64,000 nucleotides of DNA, from positions 21,559 through 85,558 of the forward strand of contig RECU01000053.1 of assembly GCA_007693855.1 (NCBI GenBank), read 5' to 3'. Under the pieces are notes generated by a model. That model ran no database searches and was not told the origin of the DNA. It worked only from the letters and a program-made list of their open reading frames with translations. A program made the translations under genes and the position numbers. This stretch comes from Gammaproteobacteria bacterium. GTDB lineage: Bacteria; Pseudomonadota; Gammaproteobacteria; Steroidobacterales; PWYM01. Of this stretch, positions 28,916 to 41,987 are shown in pieces (position 1 is the stretch's first letter; every line of letters starts with the position of its first letter).

Positions 28916-30212
28916 AGCGGCCGTCGCTCTGCAGGCGCTGGATCAGCGAGCGGAGGAACACCTTGTTGAAGCGCAGCTGGCAGGCGGCGGAGGCCTGCTC
29001 CAGCAAGGTCGCGCTCACCCGGATGAGGGTCACCGGCGCGTCACTGGCCTCGATGGTGGCGTTGCGCCGCGCGCCACGCACATAACTCGACTCGCCGAAG
29101 CAGTCGCCACTGGTCAATGTCCCGACGTGGCGGCCGCCGGTCACCACCCTGACGCTGCCCGAGACGAGGATATAGAAGCGTTCGTCCAGCTCGCCCTCGC
29201 GGACGATTTCCTCGCCGGGCGCGTAGTCCTGCCAGGCGCTGGCGCGCAGAATCTCCCAGATCTCCTCGTGTGAGAAGTCGTGAAAAAAGCGCAGACGCCG
29301 CATCAGGTCAAACTGTTCCTGGCGCTCGATGCGCATGCTGCGCTTGCGCAGCTGCTGGTAGATCCGGGTCAGCGCGGCCGCGAAGGCCATGCCGTTGGCA
29401 TGCCGCTTCGCCGGGCTCTTCTGCAAGGCGACCATCACCGCTGCCTCGAGCTCTTCGGGGACTTCCGGGCGCAGCGAGTGCAGCGGCGGCGGCGAGGCAT
29501 AGACGATCTGGTGCAGCAGCTTGGAGAGGTTGTTGCCGCGGAAAGGCCGGAAGCCCGTGAGCAGCTCATAGGCCACTGCGCCGAGCGAGTAGAGATCAGA
29601 GCGCTCGGTCAGGTCTTCCGACTGCACCTGCTCGGGCGACATGTAGCTTGGCGAGCCGGCAATGCCCTCTATCCGCGAGATCTCGGAGTCTTTCACCAGC
29701 GCGATCCCGAAATCGATGATCCGGACGTCGTTGTCGAGCGTCAGCATGATGTTGCTGGGCTTGATATCACGGTGGATCACGCCGCGTGAGTGGGCATAGT
29801 GCAGCGCTCGAGCGCACTTGAAGATAATTTCGATGACATCCTCGACCGGTAGCAGGTTGTCCGGCCGGCAGTAGGCGGAGAGTGTCCGCGCGCCGTGAAC
29901 ATGCTCGGTGACCACGTAGTACTTGCCCTGCTCGTCACCGGCATCGAAGATCGGCAGGATGTTCGGATGCTGCAGCTTGCCCACCATGTGGGCTTCGTTG
30001 AAAAACATCTTCCGTGCGACGCGCGCGCGTGCCGGATCGAGATCCGCCTCGATGTGATAGAGCTTGATGGCCACGTCACGGCCGTAGTACGGATCATGCG
30101 AGAGGAATACCCGGCCGGTACTGCCCTGGCCGACCTCATTGATGATCACGTACTTGCCGATCTTGTCCGGCGTCGAGAGGGTCGCGGCAGTCGCCACTTC
30201 GGGTCTGGCCAT
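28908..30212 (-). CDS. Hanks-type Ser/Thr protein kinase with C-terminal cyclic-nucleotide-binding domain
   Basis: GQGSTG, VAIK, HRDIKPSN, DFG, GSPSYMSPE, SDLYSLG; C-terminal EEIVREGE...GDCFGES...RNATI. Confidence 0.93.
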   Translation of the reverse strand: MARPEVATAATLSTPDKIGKYVIINEVGQGSTGRVFLSHDPYYGRDVAIKLYHIEADLDPARARVARKMFFNEAHMVGKLQHPNILPIFDAGDEQGKYYVVTEHVHGARTLSAYCRPDNLLPVEDVIEIIFKCARALHYAHSRGVIHRDIKPSNIMLTLDNDVRIIDFGIALVKDSEISRIEGIAGSPSYMSPEQVQSEDLTERSDLYSLGAVAYELLTGFRPFRGNNLSKLLHQIVYASPPPLHSLRPEVPEELEAAVMVALQKSPAKRHANGMAFAAALTRIYQQLRKRSMRIERQEQFDLMRRLRFFHDFSHEEIWEILRASAWQDYAPGEEIVREGELDERFYILVSGSVRVVTGGRHVGTLTSGDCFGESSYVRGARRNATIEASDAPVTLIRVSATLLEQASAACQLRFNKVFLRSLIQRLQSDGRST

Positions 30213-30223
30213 GGGGTCGCCGG

Positions 30224-30718
30224 TCAGCTGATCAGGAGGCTCGCGAGGAACAGCGGCACCCACGCGTAGAGTGCTGCCACCAGGTCGTCGAGCATAATCC
30301 CCGTGCCCCCGTGGATTCTGTGATCCATCTCGCGTATCGGCCAGGGCTTCCAGATATCGAACAGCCGGAACAGCAGAAACGCGGCAAGCAGCCAGCCGAC
30401 ACCCTGTGCGGGCAGCAGCAACGCCAGCAGCAGAAACGCCGCGATCTCATCCCAGACAATGGCCGGGTGATCATGGACCCCGAGGCGGCGCGCGCTGACG
30501 CCACACACGAGCACCCCGCCGATACAGGCCACCGCGACCACCACTGAATGGACACTCCAGGGCAGCTGCAACAGCAGCAGATGCAGCGGCACGGCGGCCA
30601 GAGTGCCGAAGGTGCCGGGTGCGCGCGGCACAAGCCCGCTGCCGAAGCCCAGGGCCAGCCAATGCACCGGGTCTGTGGCGAACTCACGGAAACTGATCGG
30701 ACGACAGGTGCTGGCCAT
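30224..30718 (-). CDS. pgpA: Phosphatidylglycerophosphatase A
   Basis: GFGSGL, APGTFGT, HDHPAIVWDE, FRLFDIWKPWP, GIMLDD. Confidence 0.96.
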   Translation of the reverse strand: MASTCRPISFREFATDPVHWLALGFGSGLVPRAPGTFGTLAAVPLHLLLLQLPWSVHSVVVAVACIGGVLVCGVSARRLGVHDHPAIVWDEIAAFLLLALLLPAQGVGWLLAAFLLFRLFDIWKPWPIREMDHRIHGGTGIMLDDLVAALYAWVPLFLASLLIS

Positions 30719-30726
30719 GGTGGGAC

Positions 30727-31680
30727 TCAGAAGTGACGGAAACCGGCGCCTGGGTCGAGGGCCTCGGCGTCCTCGCCCAGCAGACGCACACCCGGTGCCT
30801 CACAGAACCGCCCGATGCGTGTCAGCGGCACAGCGTGAGCCTCAGCCGCGGCTTCGAGCGCCGCCTGGGCCGCGGCGGGACAGGCCAGCAGCAGTTCGTA
30901 ATCATCACCACCGTACAGCGCGTCGCGCCGTGCCTGGCTCGGACCTCGCATCGCCTGCAGCGGCGCCGAGAGCGGCAGGCAGGACAGCTCGATCTCCACA
31001 CCACAGCCACTGGCAGTGGCCAGGTGGCCGAGATCGGCGAGCAGCCCGTCGGAAATGTCGATGGCCGCACTGGCCACACCCAGCGCCGCCTGACCGAGGG
31101 CGATACGCGGTTCCGGTCGCAGGTAGCGGCGCACCAGTCCATCACGCGCCGTCGAGGGCGGTGCATCCCACAGCGCCAGACCGGCAGCCGCCTCGCCTGG
31201 CCAGCCGCTGACCAGCAGGACGTCGCCCGGCCGTGCGCCATCGCGTCCCAGCCAGCGGCCCTGCGGCAGCTGACCGGTCACCTGCACGGTCGCCATCAGC
31301 GCTCCGCGGCTGAGGTTACCGCCGACCAGCGCCATCGCATGACGCTCTGCCAACGCGCGGAACCCCGCCGCGAACTCCGCAACCCAGGGCTCGTCGGCGT
31401 GCGGCAGGGTCAGGGCCAACAGCCCCCACAACGGGGTCGCACCCATCGCTGCCAGGTCGCTGAGATTGACGGCCAGGGCCCGGTGACCCACATCGGCCGC
31501 GGGCGCCGACACGGGGAAGTGGGTGCCGGCGACGAGACTGTCGACGGTCATCGCAAGATCCCGGCCCGGAGGCGGCCGCAGTACCGCGGCATCATCGCCG
31601 ATCCCGAGGACGACACCTGGCCCACGATCGAAACCGCTGAGCCATTTGCGGATCAGCTGGAACTCTTCCGGGGGCACCAT
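30727..31680 (-). CDS. thiL: Thiamine-monophosphate kinase
   Basis: GIGDDAA, NLSDLAAMG, DISDGL, GGDDYEL. Confidence 0.96.
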   Translation of the reverse strand: MVPPEEFQLIRKWLSGFDRGPGVVLGIGDDAAVLRPPPGRDLAMTVDSLVAGTHFPVSAPAADVGHRALAVNLSDLAAMGATPLWGLLALTLPHADEPWVAEFAAGFRALAERHAMALVGGNLSRGALMATVQVTGQLPQGRWLGRDGARPGDVLLVSGWPGEAAAGLALWDAPPSTARDGLVRRYLRPEPRIALGQAALGVASAAIDISDGLLADLGHLATASGCGVEIELSCLPLSAPLQAMRGPSQARRDALYGGDDYELLLACPAAAQAALEAAAEAHAVPLTRIGRFCEAPGVRLLGEDAEALDPGAGFRHF

Positions 31681-32108
31681 CAACGCGCCCGCGCCAGGCG
31701 CGCGCGGTCGAGCAGGGCATTGACGAAGCGGTGACTGTCGGTGGGGCCGAAACGTTTGGAGAGCTCCACCGCCTCGTTGATGGCGACGCGTTCGGGCACG
31801 TCGGGCCGCGCGCTGAGTTCATGCAGCCCGATCCAGAGAATCGCCCGGGCCACGGGGTCGAGCTGCTCCTCCCCCCGGGTGGCGAACCGATCGATCTCGG
31901 CGTTCAGGGCTGCGCAGGCGGCCAGCACGGCCTCCAGCACGCTATCGAAATACAGCTGGTCGACGCGGGCAAAGGGTTCGCGTTCGGCGAACTGGCGCCG
32001 CAGTTCGGCCGCGTCATGCCCGGTCAGCTGATGCTGGTACAGGGCCTGCACCAGGCATTCCCGCGCCCGGCGGCGCGCCTTGAGGCCGGCGGCGCGCTGC
32101 TCATTCAC
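31680..32108 (-). CDS. nusB: Transcription antitermination factor NusB
   Basis: RRRARECLVQALYQ, VAINEAVELSKRFG, FVNALLD. Confidence 0.96.
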   Translation of the reverse strand: MNEQRAAGLKARRRARECLVQALYQHQLTGHDAAELRRQFAEREPFARVDQLYFDSVLEAVLAACAALNAEIDRFATRGEEQLDPVARAILWIGLHELSARPDVPERVAINEAVELSKRFGPTDSHRFVNALLDRARLARAR

Positions 32109-32116
32109 CGGCGTGC

Positions 32117-32593
32117 TCAGGGGGCCAGACGGCGCAGCAGGTTCGCCATTTCCAGGGCCGAGAGCGCAGCCTCCGCCCCCTTGTTACCGGCCTTGGTCCC
32201 CGCACGCTCGATCGCCTGCTCGATGGAATCGACCGTGAGCACACCGAAACCGACCGGCACGCCATGACTGCGCTCCACCTGCCCGGCACCGCGCACACAC
32301 TCACCCGCGACGTATTCGAAGTGCGGCGTGGCCCCACGGATCACCGCCCCGAGGGCGACCAGCGCATCGAAGCGTCCGGACTTCGCCGCGGCCTCCAGGG
32401 CCAGCGGCACCTCCCAGGCCCCGGGGACCCGGACCACCTCGATGCCCCCCCGCGCCACCCCGTGACGCGCCAGCGCGTCCACCGCACCGCGAAGCAGGCT
32501 GTCGACGATGAAGTCGTTGAAGCGCGCGGCGACGATGCCGATACGCAGGCCCTCGCCGGCAAGCGCGCCCTCGATGGTGTTGATGTCATGCAT
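32117..32593 (-). CDS. ribH: 6,7-dimethyl-8-ribityllumazine synthase
   Basis: [28 protein letters not shown]. Confidence 0.98.
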   Translation of the reverse strand: MHDINTIEGALAGEGLRIGIVAARFNDFIVDSLLRGAVDALARHGVARGGIEVVRVPGAWEVPLALEAAAKSGRFDALVALGAVIRGATPHFEYVAGECVRGAGQVERSHGVPVGFGVLTVDSIEQAIERAGTKAGNKGAEAALSALEMANLLRRLAP

Positions 32594-32645
32594 GGCCTTG
32601 CTTCCGCGTCGCTGAATCAGCCTGGATTATCGCATGAGCCGCGGC

Positions 32646-33803
32646 TCACTCGGGGTAGACGTAGTCCACGACCTCGAGACCGAAGCCGGAAATGCCGTGC
32701 ATCTGCTTGGGTGCCGAGAGCACCCGCATCTGGCGCACGCCGAGCTTGCGCAGGATCTGCGCACCGGTGCCGTAGGTCCTGAGCACCTCGCCGCGGTCGC
32801 GGCGCGGGTCGTTATCGGCTGATGCTGCCGTGCCGCCCGCCAGCGCATTGACCATGGCCATCAGCTCACGCGGACTCTCTGGCGTCCGCAGGACCACCAG
32901 CACCCCGGCCGGCTCGGCGGCGATCCGGCGCATGGCGTCGCGCAGCGGCCAGCCGAGCTGCGGGCTCTGCACCCCGATCACGTCGCCGAGGGTATCGGAA
33001 ACGTGGACCCGCACCAGCACGGGCTCGGCCGGGTCGGGCGTGCCGTGGACCAGCGCGATGTGCACATTGCGGTTCACGTGGTCTTCGAAGCAGGCCATGC
33101 GGAAGCGCCCGAACTCGGTGTCCACGGGCTGCTCGCTGATCAGTTCGACCGACTCTTCCTTCTCCAGGCGGTAGCGGATCAGGTCGGCGATCGTGCCCAT
33201 GCGCAGCCCGTGACGCCGCGCGAACACTTCGAGTTGCGGACGACGGGCCATGGTGCCGTCGTCGTTGAGGATTTCGACGATCACCGCGGCGGGGGCGCAG
33301 CCGGCGAGCCGGGCGAGATCGCAGCCCGCCTCGGTGTGACCGGCACGCGTCAGCACGCCACCGGGCTGGGCCATCAGCGGAAAGATATGCCCCGGCTGTC
33401 GCAGGTCTTCAGGCCGGGCGTTTTCCGCGACGGCCGCCTGCACGGTGCAGGCACGATCGTGTGCCGAGATACCGGTGGTGATGCCCTCTGCGGCCTCGAT
33501 CGACACGGTGAAATTGGTCGTCTGGTGGACGTCGGTGTCGCGCACCATCAGCGGCAGTCGCAGCTGCCGGCAACGCTCCCGCGTCAACGTGAGGCAGATC
33601 AGGCCGCGCCCGTAGCGCGCCATGAAATTGATGTCCTCGGCGCGCACACTGCTCGCCGCCATCACCAGATCGCCCTCGTTCTCGCGGTTCTCGTCGTCCA
33701 TCATGATCACCATGCGCCCGGCGGCGAGGTCGGCGATGATGTCTTCGATGGAATCCAGCCCGCGACTGGAATCGCGGTTGATGTCAGTCACGTGCCTGGC
33801 CAT
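32646..33803 (-). CDS. ribB: DHBP synthase fused to a degenerate GTP cyclohydrolase II domain (RibBX-type)
   Basis: DDENRENEGD, FTVSIEA, PGHIFP, RAGHTE; C-terminal VRVH domain lacks the Zn-binding cysteines. Confidence 0.93.
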   Translation of the reverse strand: MARHVTDINRDSSRGLDSIEDIIADLAAGRMVIMMDDENRENEGDLVMAASSVRAEDINFMARYGRGLICLTLTRERCRQLRLPLMVRDTDVHQTTNFTVSIEAAEGITTGISAHDRACTVQAAVAENARPEDLRQPGHIFPLMAQPGGVLTRAGHTEAGCDLARLAGCAPAAVIVEILNDDGTMARRPQLEVFARRHGLRMGTIADLIRYRLEKEESVELISEQPVDTEFGRFRMACFEDHVNRNVHIALVHGTPDPAEPVLVRVHVSDTLGDVIGVQSPQLGWPLRDAMRRIAAEPAGVLVVLRTPESPRELMAMVNALAGGTAASADNDPRRDRGEVLRTYGTGAQILRKLGVRQMRVLSAPKQMHGISGFGLEVVDYVYPE

Positions 33804-34443
33804 AGCCCATACTCCTTACGCTGTCGGCGTCCAGCCCTTTGGGACGACCCACGCCGGCCTCCAGCAGCCGCTCCAGATAGCGGGCCAGCAGGTCGACTTC
33901 GAGATTGACCGGGGTGCCTACCCGGTAGCCGGAGAACGTGGTGACATCCCAGGTGTGCGGCACGATGTTCACGCCGAAGTGCGCCCCCTCGACCTCGTTG
34001 ACGGTGAGACTCACGCCATCGATGCAGATCGAGCCCTTGCGGGCGATGTAGCGGGCGAGTTCGGGCGGCACCTCGAACCCCACCCGCCAGGAGCGGGCGT
34101 CACGGGCCAGGGACTGCACGCGGCCGATGCCATCGACGTGACCGCTGACCAGGTGCCCGCCGAGGGGGGCGCCGGCCTTGAGCGCCGTTTCCAGGTTCAC
34201 CCGGTCACCGACGCCCAGGCGGCCCAGGGTGGTCAGCGACAGCGTCTCGCGCGAGACGTCGGCCGCGAAGGCCTCCGGCTGCAGTTCGACTGCGGTCAGG
34301 CAGGCGCCGTTGACGGCGATACTGTCGCCCAGCCTGGCGCCGGAGAGGTCCAGTCCGGGGCAGGCGATACGCAGGCGGAAATCGCCTTCGCGAGGCGTGA
34401 GGGCAGCGAGGGTGCCGAGGGTCTCGATGATGCCGGTGAACAT
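33784..34443 (-). CDS. ribE: Riboflavin synthase
   Basis: MFTGII start, GDSIAVNGACLT, GGHLVSGHVD, VNLEVD. Confidence 0.98.
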   Translation of the reverse strand: MFTGIIETLGTLAALTPREGDFRLRIACPGLDLSGARLGDSIAVNGACLTAVELQPEAFAADVSRETLSLTTLGRLGVGDRVNLETALKAGAPLGGHLVSGHVDGIGRVQSLARDARSWRVGFEVPPELARYIARKGSICIDGVSLTVNEVEGAHFGVNIVPHTWDVTTFSGYRVGTPVNLEVDLLARYLERLLEAGVGRPKGLDADSVRSMGYGQARD

Positions 34444-34469
34444 GCGCGCAATATCCGTATCCAGGGGTG

Positions 34470-35579
34470 TCAGGCCACCGCTGCCGCAGCGGTAAGCGTC
34501 AGTCGCAGGTCGTCGCCGACCCGCCGACAGTCGCGCCAGGCGAGCCGCGGCGCCGCAGCCAGACGCTCCAGCCCAGGCAACGCCAGCATGCCGCGCGCGA
34601 GGTCGCCAAGCAGGCAGGGCGCAAGGTAAATGACCCAGGCATCGACCAGCCCGGCCTCGGCAAGCGCGCCGACCAGCCTCGGCCCGGCCTCGACCAGCAC
34701 CTCGTTGGCCCCGAGTCCGGCAAGGGCCCGGAGCACCTCCGCCAGGGCACAGCCCCCGGGCCCTGCCGACACTCGCACCACGCGGGCACCGGCGGCCTCG
34801 AGTCTGGCCTGTGCGCCAGCGTCCGCGCCCGGGGGGGCGAAGACGACTGCGCGGCCGTCGGCGCCGATGATACGCGCGTCCGGCGGCGTGCGCAGCGTGC
34901 TGTCCACCACCGCCCGCAGCGGCTGCAGGCAGGTCGCGGCCAGATCCGCGCGGCGCACGTCCAGCCGCGGATCATCGGCCAGCAGCGTGCCGCTGCCGGT
35001 GAGGATCGCACCGCTGCAGGCCCGCAGCCACTGGACGTCGGCGCGGGCCGCCGGCCCGGTGATCCACTGGCTTTCGCCGTCGGCCATGGCCGTGCGCCCA
35101 TCCAGACTGGCCGCCAGCTTGACCGTCACCCTCGGCCTGCCCGTGCGCATCCGCTGGATGAACCCGGCATTGAGCTCGGTCGCCTGCGCCGCCAGCACGC
35201 CTCCGCGGACCTCGATCCCCGCCGCGCGCAGGCGCGCGGCGCCGCGCCCGGCGACGGCGGGATTGGGATCGTCGTGGGCGTAGACCACCCGGCCCACGCC
35301 GGCACCCATCAGCGCTTCGGTGCAGGGCGGCGTGCGCCCATGGTGATTGCAGGGTTCCAGTGACACGTAAGCCGTAGCCCCGCGGGCGCGGGCGCCGGCC
35401 GCGGCCAACGCTACCGCCTCGGCGTGCGGTTCCCCCGCCCGCCGGTGCCAGCCCTCGCCCACAACCTGGCCGTCAAGCACCAGCACACAACCCACCCGCG
35501 GATTGGGGTCCGTCCCGGTCATGCCGCGGCGGGCCAGCGCCAGGGCCCGCGCCATCCAGGCCTCATCCACGGCGTTCAC
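34470..35579 (-). CDS. ribD: Riboflavin biosynthesis deaminase/reductase
   Basis: [35 protein letters not shown]. Confidence 0.97.
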   Translation of the reverse strand: MNAVDEAWMARALALARRGMTGTDPNPRVGCVLVLDGQVVGEGWHRRAGEPHAEAVALAAAGARARGATAYVSLEPCNHHGRTPPCTEALMGAGVGRVVYAHDDPNPAVAGRGAARLRAAGIEVRGGVLAAQATELNAGFIQRMRTGRPRVTVKLAASLDGRTAMADGESQWITGPAARADVQWLRACSGAILTGSGTLLADDPRLDVRRADLAATCLQPLRAVVDSTLRTPPDARIIGADGRAVVFAPPGADAGAQARLEAAGARVVRVSAGPGGCALAEVLRALAGLGANEVLVEAGPRLVGALAEAGLVDAWVIYLAPCLLGDLARGMLALPGLERLAAAPRLAWRDCRRVGDDLRLTLTAAAAVA

Positions 35580-36085
35580 GAGTCGTTGTCGTCAGGCAGC
35601 AGCGACATCTGGCGACGGGCGGCGCTGGCGCGCGCGAGCTGCTGCAGGCGCTGGATTTCCTCTTCGAACTCGGTCACGTCCTGGAAACTGCGGTACACCG
35701 AGGCGAAACGCACATAGGCGACTTCGTCGAGATCGCGCAGCGCCTCCATCACCAGATCGCCCAGCCGGGCTGCCGGAATTTCGCGTTCGCCCATGGTCTG
35801 CAGACAGTGCACGATCCGCTGAATCGCCGCCTCCATATCCTCGACCGCCACCGGGCGTTTCTCCAGGGCACGGGTCATGCCGGTACGCAGCTTGCCTTCG
35901 TCGAAGGGTTCACGGCGTCCGTCGCGCTTGACGAGTCTAGGCGCGACCAGCTCGGGCGATTCGAAGGTGGTGAAGCGCTCGCTGCAGTTCAGACATTCGC
36001 GCCGGCGCCGCACCTGTCGCCCTTCCGCAGCCAGCCGCGAATCGATGACCTTGGTCTCGTCGTGGCCGCAGAAGGGACAGTGCAT
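35576..36085 (-). CDS. nrdR: Transcriptional repressor NrdR
   Basis: MHCPFC, RRRREC..C, RFTTFE, ATP-cone, [10 protein letters not shown]; start placed at the ATG at 36085. Confidence 0.98.
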   Translation of the reverse strand: MHCPFCGHDETKVIDSRLAAEGRQVRRRRECLNCSERFTTFESPELVAPRLVKRDGRREPFDEGKLRTGMTRALEKRPVAVEDMEAAIQRIVHCLQTMGEREIPAARLGDLVMEALRDLDEVAYVRFASVYRSFQDVTEFEEEIQRLQQLARASAARRQMSLLPDDNDS

Positions 36086-36107
36086 GCGCGAACTCCGCCA
36101 GCCCTGT

Positions 36108-37370
<1,263 letters not shown>

Positions 37371-37469
37371 GGTGCGCTCCTTGAGGGGGTTCCGCCGGAC
37401 GGGCGTCCCTGCCGCCGGCTCTGGAGGGAATTGTACCAGCCGCACGAGGCTGCGCGGCGGGCGACAGGT

Positions 37470-38459
37470 TCAGTCGGCCGCCTCGCCGTAGGCCGCGAAG
37501 GCGCCGAGCACCGCGGTCCACGCGCGGCCCAGGTTGTCACGGTTGTAGCCCCCTCCGCCCATGGCAACCACGCGGCCCTGGGCATGGCGCTCGGCCAGCA
37601 CGCATAGCCGCTCGGCGGCGTGCGCGTGCGCAGCCTCGGAGAAGCGCAGGTGGGTGATCGGATCGCCGGCGAGGCTGTCTGCGCCGCACTGGAGCAGGAT
37701 GAACTCCGGTCGCGCGGCCTCGAGATAGCTTTCGATCTCCGTCCAGGCGGCAAAGAACTCGGCGTCCCCCGCGCCAGGCGGTAGCGGCAGGTTGAGTTTG
37801 GTGCCCGCCGCCGGGCCGCGGCCGGATTCCACCCGGGCACCGGTCCCGGGATAGAGATAGCGCCCGTCTTCGTGGGTGTCGGCGAACAGCATGTCTGGAT
37901 CGTCCTCGAAACCGTAAAACACCCCATCACCATGATGCGCATCGATATCGATGTAGGCCACCCGCGAGAGCCCATAGCGCTGCCGCAGCACCTCCGCGGC
38001 GATGGCGCAGTCATTGAACACGCAGAATCCGGCGGCCGAACTGCGCGAGGCATGGTGCAGCCCGGCGATGGGTACGAACGCGCGGCCGCCGGTGACCATG
38101 ACCTGCTCCACCGCCCGCAGCGTCGCGCCCACGACCCAGCAGGCCGCCTCGTAAATTCCGGGGACGGCCGGCGTGTCGCCGCCATCGAGGTACCCCGACC
38201 CTTCGCGCGAGCGCCGCTCTACCAGGTCGACATAGGCGGGCGTATGAAACAGCGTCAGCTCCTCACGCGTCGCCTGCCGAGGCGGCAGGTGCGCTACCCG
38301 CTCGAGCAGCCCCGCCGCGCGGGCCGCGCGCATGAAGGCCTCGTGGCGGTCGGGGCCGAACGGGTGGCCATGGCCGAAGCCGTAGGCGGCGATCTCCGGC
38401 CCGGACACGAGCACGGTGGCGCCAGGAGCAATGTCGAGCGTCTCGATCGGCTGGTGCAT
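37470..38459 (-). CDS. Histone deacetylase family protein (AcuC-like)
   Basis: [34 protein letters not shown]; start placed at the ATG at 38459 (the ORF-track N-terminal extension is antisense to ettA). Confidence 0.92.
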   Translation of the reverse strand: MHQPIETLDIAPGATVLVSGPEIAAYGFGHGHPFGPDRHEAFMRAARAAGLLERVAHLPPRQATREELTLFHTPAYVDLVERRSREGSGYLDGGDTPAVPGIYEAACWVVGATLRAVEQVMVTGGRAFVPIAGLHHASRSSAAGFCVFNDCAIAAEVLRQRYGLSRVAYIDIDAHHGDGVFYGFEDDPDMLFADTHEDGRYLYPGTGARVESGRGPAAGTKLNLPLPPGAGDAEFFAAWTEIESYLEAARPEFILLQCGADSLAGDPITHLRFSEAAHAHAAERLCVLAERHAQGRVVAMGGGGYNRDNLGRAWTAVLGAFAAYGEAAD

Positions 38460-38579
38460 GGCCAGGGCTGCGGTCGGGAAAACGCCGCGAGTGTACCAGC
38501 TTGCTTGCACGACGCCGTGACAAGCGACGCATCCCGGGCCGATAATGTCGGGTTTACATTGAGTTCGAGCCCAGATCCC

Positions 38580-40247
<1,668 letters not shown>

Positions 40248-40495
40248 GTGCAGGCAGCTGCCGGGGGACCGCACGCACTGCCAGGCGCTGGCCTTGCCAG
40301 CGACTGCTGCAACGCCTTCGCCTCGATGTGCCGCCACACGCGGACAGCACGTAAGCCGGGATGCTGCATCGCAACATCCCGCGCGCTTGCAGCCGCCGGG
40401 AGTCCTGCTCTACACTGGGGATACTTTCATAAACAGACTGACTGGTCCGCAACCGACCTGCGTGGACGGCGGAGACGTCAGGGGGATGGACACCG

Positions 40496-41977
40496 ATGGC
40501 ACAGACAGCCCTGCACACCAGCAACGACACCGAGTTTGCGCCCGAAGCGCCTTTCGGGGACGCCTGGGGCCCCACCCTGATGGGTCCGTTCGCCCCGGTG
40601 GCGGACGAATCTGTCTGGGACAGTCTGGAAGTCCATGGCGAAATCCCTGCTGACCTCAACGGCGTCTACCTCAGAAACGGCCCCAACCCCCGCTTCGCGC
40701 CCCAGGGTCGCTACCACCCCTTCGACGGCGACGGCATGATCCATGCGGCACATTTCGAGAACGGCCGCGTGGTCTACCGCAACCGCTGGGTCCGCACCGA
40801 CGCCTGGCAGGAGGAAGACCGCGCCGGGCAGGCCACGTACTACGGCATTCGCGAGACGCTGAAGGGCCGCACCGACAAGCGGCTCAAGGACGCGGCCAAC
40901 ACGGATGTCATCGGGCATGGCGGCATCGCACTCGCCAGCTGGTACATGTCCGGCGACATTTACATGCTCGACCCCATCACCCTCGAGACCCTGGGCAAGG
41001 CGCCCTACGCCAAGCGCCACGGTGGCGGCTTCTCCGCGCATGCCAAAGTCGACGAGCAGACCGGTGAGCTGATGTTCTTCGATTACTGGAACGAGGCGCC
41101 TTACATGAGCTATGGCGTGGTGGCCGCAGATGGCACGGTGAAAAACCATGTGCCGATCGAGCTGCCAGGTCCGCGCCTGCCCCATGACATGGCGGTGACC
41201 GAGCACTACTCGATCCTGCACGACCTGCCGCTGTTTCATGACGAGGCGGCGATGGCGCTCGGCCGGCACAAGTTGAGGTTCTATCCGGAGATACCTACCC
41301 GCTTCGGAGTCATCCCCCGCCACGGTGCCTCCCATGAGATCCGCTGGTTCGAGTTCTCGCCCTGCTTCCTCTATCACGTGGTCAATGCCTGGGAGGAAGG
41401 TGACGAGGTGGTCATGGTCGCCTGCCGGTATATGCCGGAACGCACCGCCAGCGGCGATATCGACGCCGAACGCACGGCACGCAATATCGCCGAGCTGAAG
41501 ATGCGTGCACGCCTGTGGCGCTGGCGCATGAACATGAAAACCGGCGAGGCCCGCGAGGAGCAGCTCGACGACCGTTACAACATCGAGTTCCCCAGCCACC
41601 GTGGCGAGCAGACGGGCCGCAGGACCCGCTGGGGATATGTCGTGGACCACGATCCCGACATCCTGCACTGGACAGGCGTTCGCAAGTTCGACACCGATAC
41701 TGGAGAGTGCGTGGGTGCGTTCAGCGACGGCGCGGCGCACACTTGGTATTCCGAGCCGTGGTTTGCGCCCGCCGATGGCGGTACGCGCGAGGATGACGGC
41801 TATTTGGTGGCGTTTGCCTGGAACCAGGCCGAGCGCCAGCAGCAGTTGCAGGTGTTCGACGCGCGCGATCTCAGCGCCGGTCCGGTGGCGCGGGTGATGA
41901 TGCCGCGACGGGTGCCGGTCGGCTTCCACGCCTGCTGGATCGCGCAGAAAAACCTCGGCCGCGTGCGCAGCGCCTGA
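40496..41977 (+). CDS. Carotenoid cleavage / lignostilbene dioxygenase family protein
   Basis: GEIPADLNGVYLRNGPNP, FDGDGM, four Fe-ligand His (SAHAK, PHDM, YHVVN, GFHACW), EDDGYL. Confidence 0.95.
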   Translation: MAQTALHTSNDTEFAPEAPFGDAWGPTLMGPFAPVADESVWDSLEVHGEIPADLNGVYLRNGPNPRFAPQGRYHPFDGDGMIHAAHFENGRVVYRNRWVRTDAWQEEDRAGQATYYGIRETLKGRTDKRLKDAANTDVIGHGGIALASWYMSGDIYMLDPITLETLGKAPYAKRHGGGFSAHAKVDEQTGELMFFDYWNEAPYMSYGVVAADGTVKNHVPIELPGPRLPHDMAVTEHYSILHDLPLFHDEAAMALGRHKLRFYPEIPTRFGVIPRHGASHEIRWFEFSPCFLYHVVNAWEEGDEVVMVACRYMPERTASGDIDAERTARNIAELKMRARLWRWRMNMKTGEAREEQLDDRYNIEFPSHRGEQTGRRTRWGYVVDHDPDILHWTGVRKFDTDTGECVGAFSDGAAHTWYSEPWFAPADGGTREDDGYLVAFAWNQAERQQQLQVFDARDLSAGPVARVMMPRRVPVGFHACWIAQKNLGRVRSA

Positions 41978-41987
41978 GGACGGCCGC

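Noticed and set aside
37371-37469. Possible ZTP or glycine riboswitch upstream of glyA, and FMN riboswitch for the rib genes
   Set aside because: The leaders are short and lack the conserved aptamer sequences; only a TGGTACAAT extended -10 is visible before glyA.
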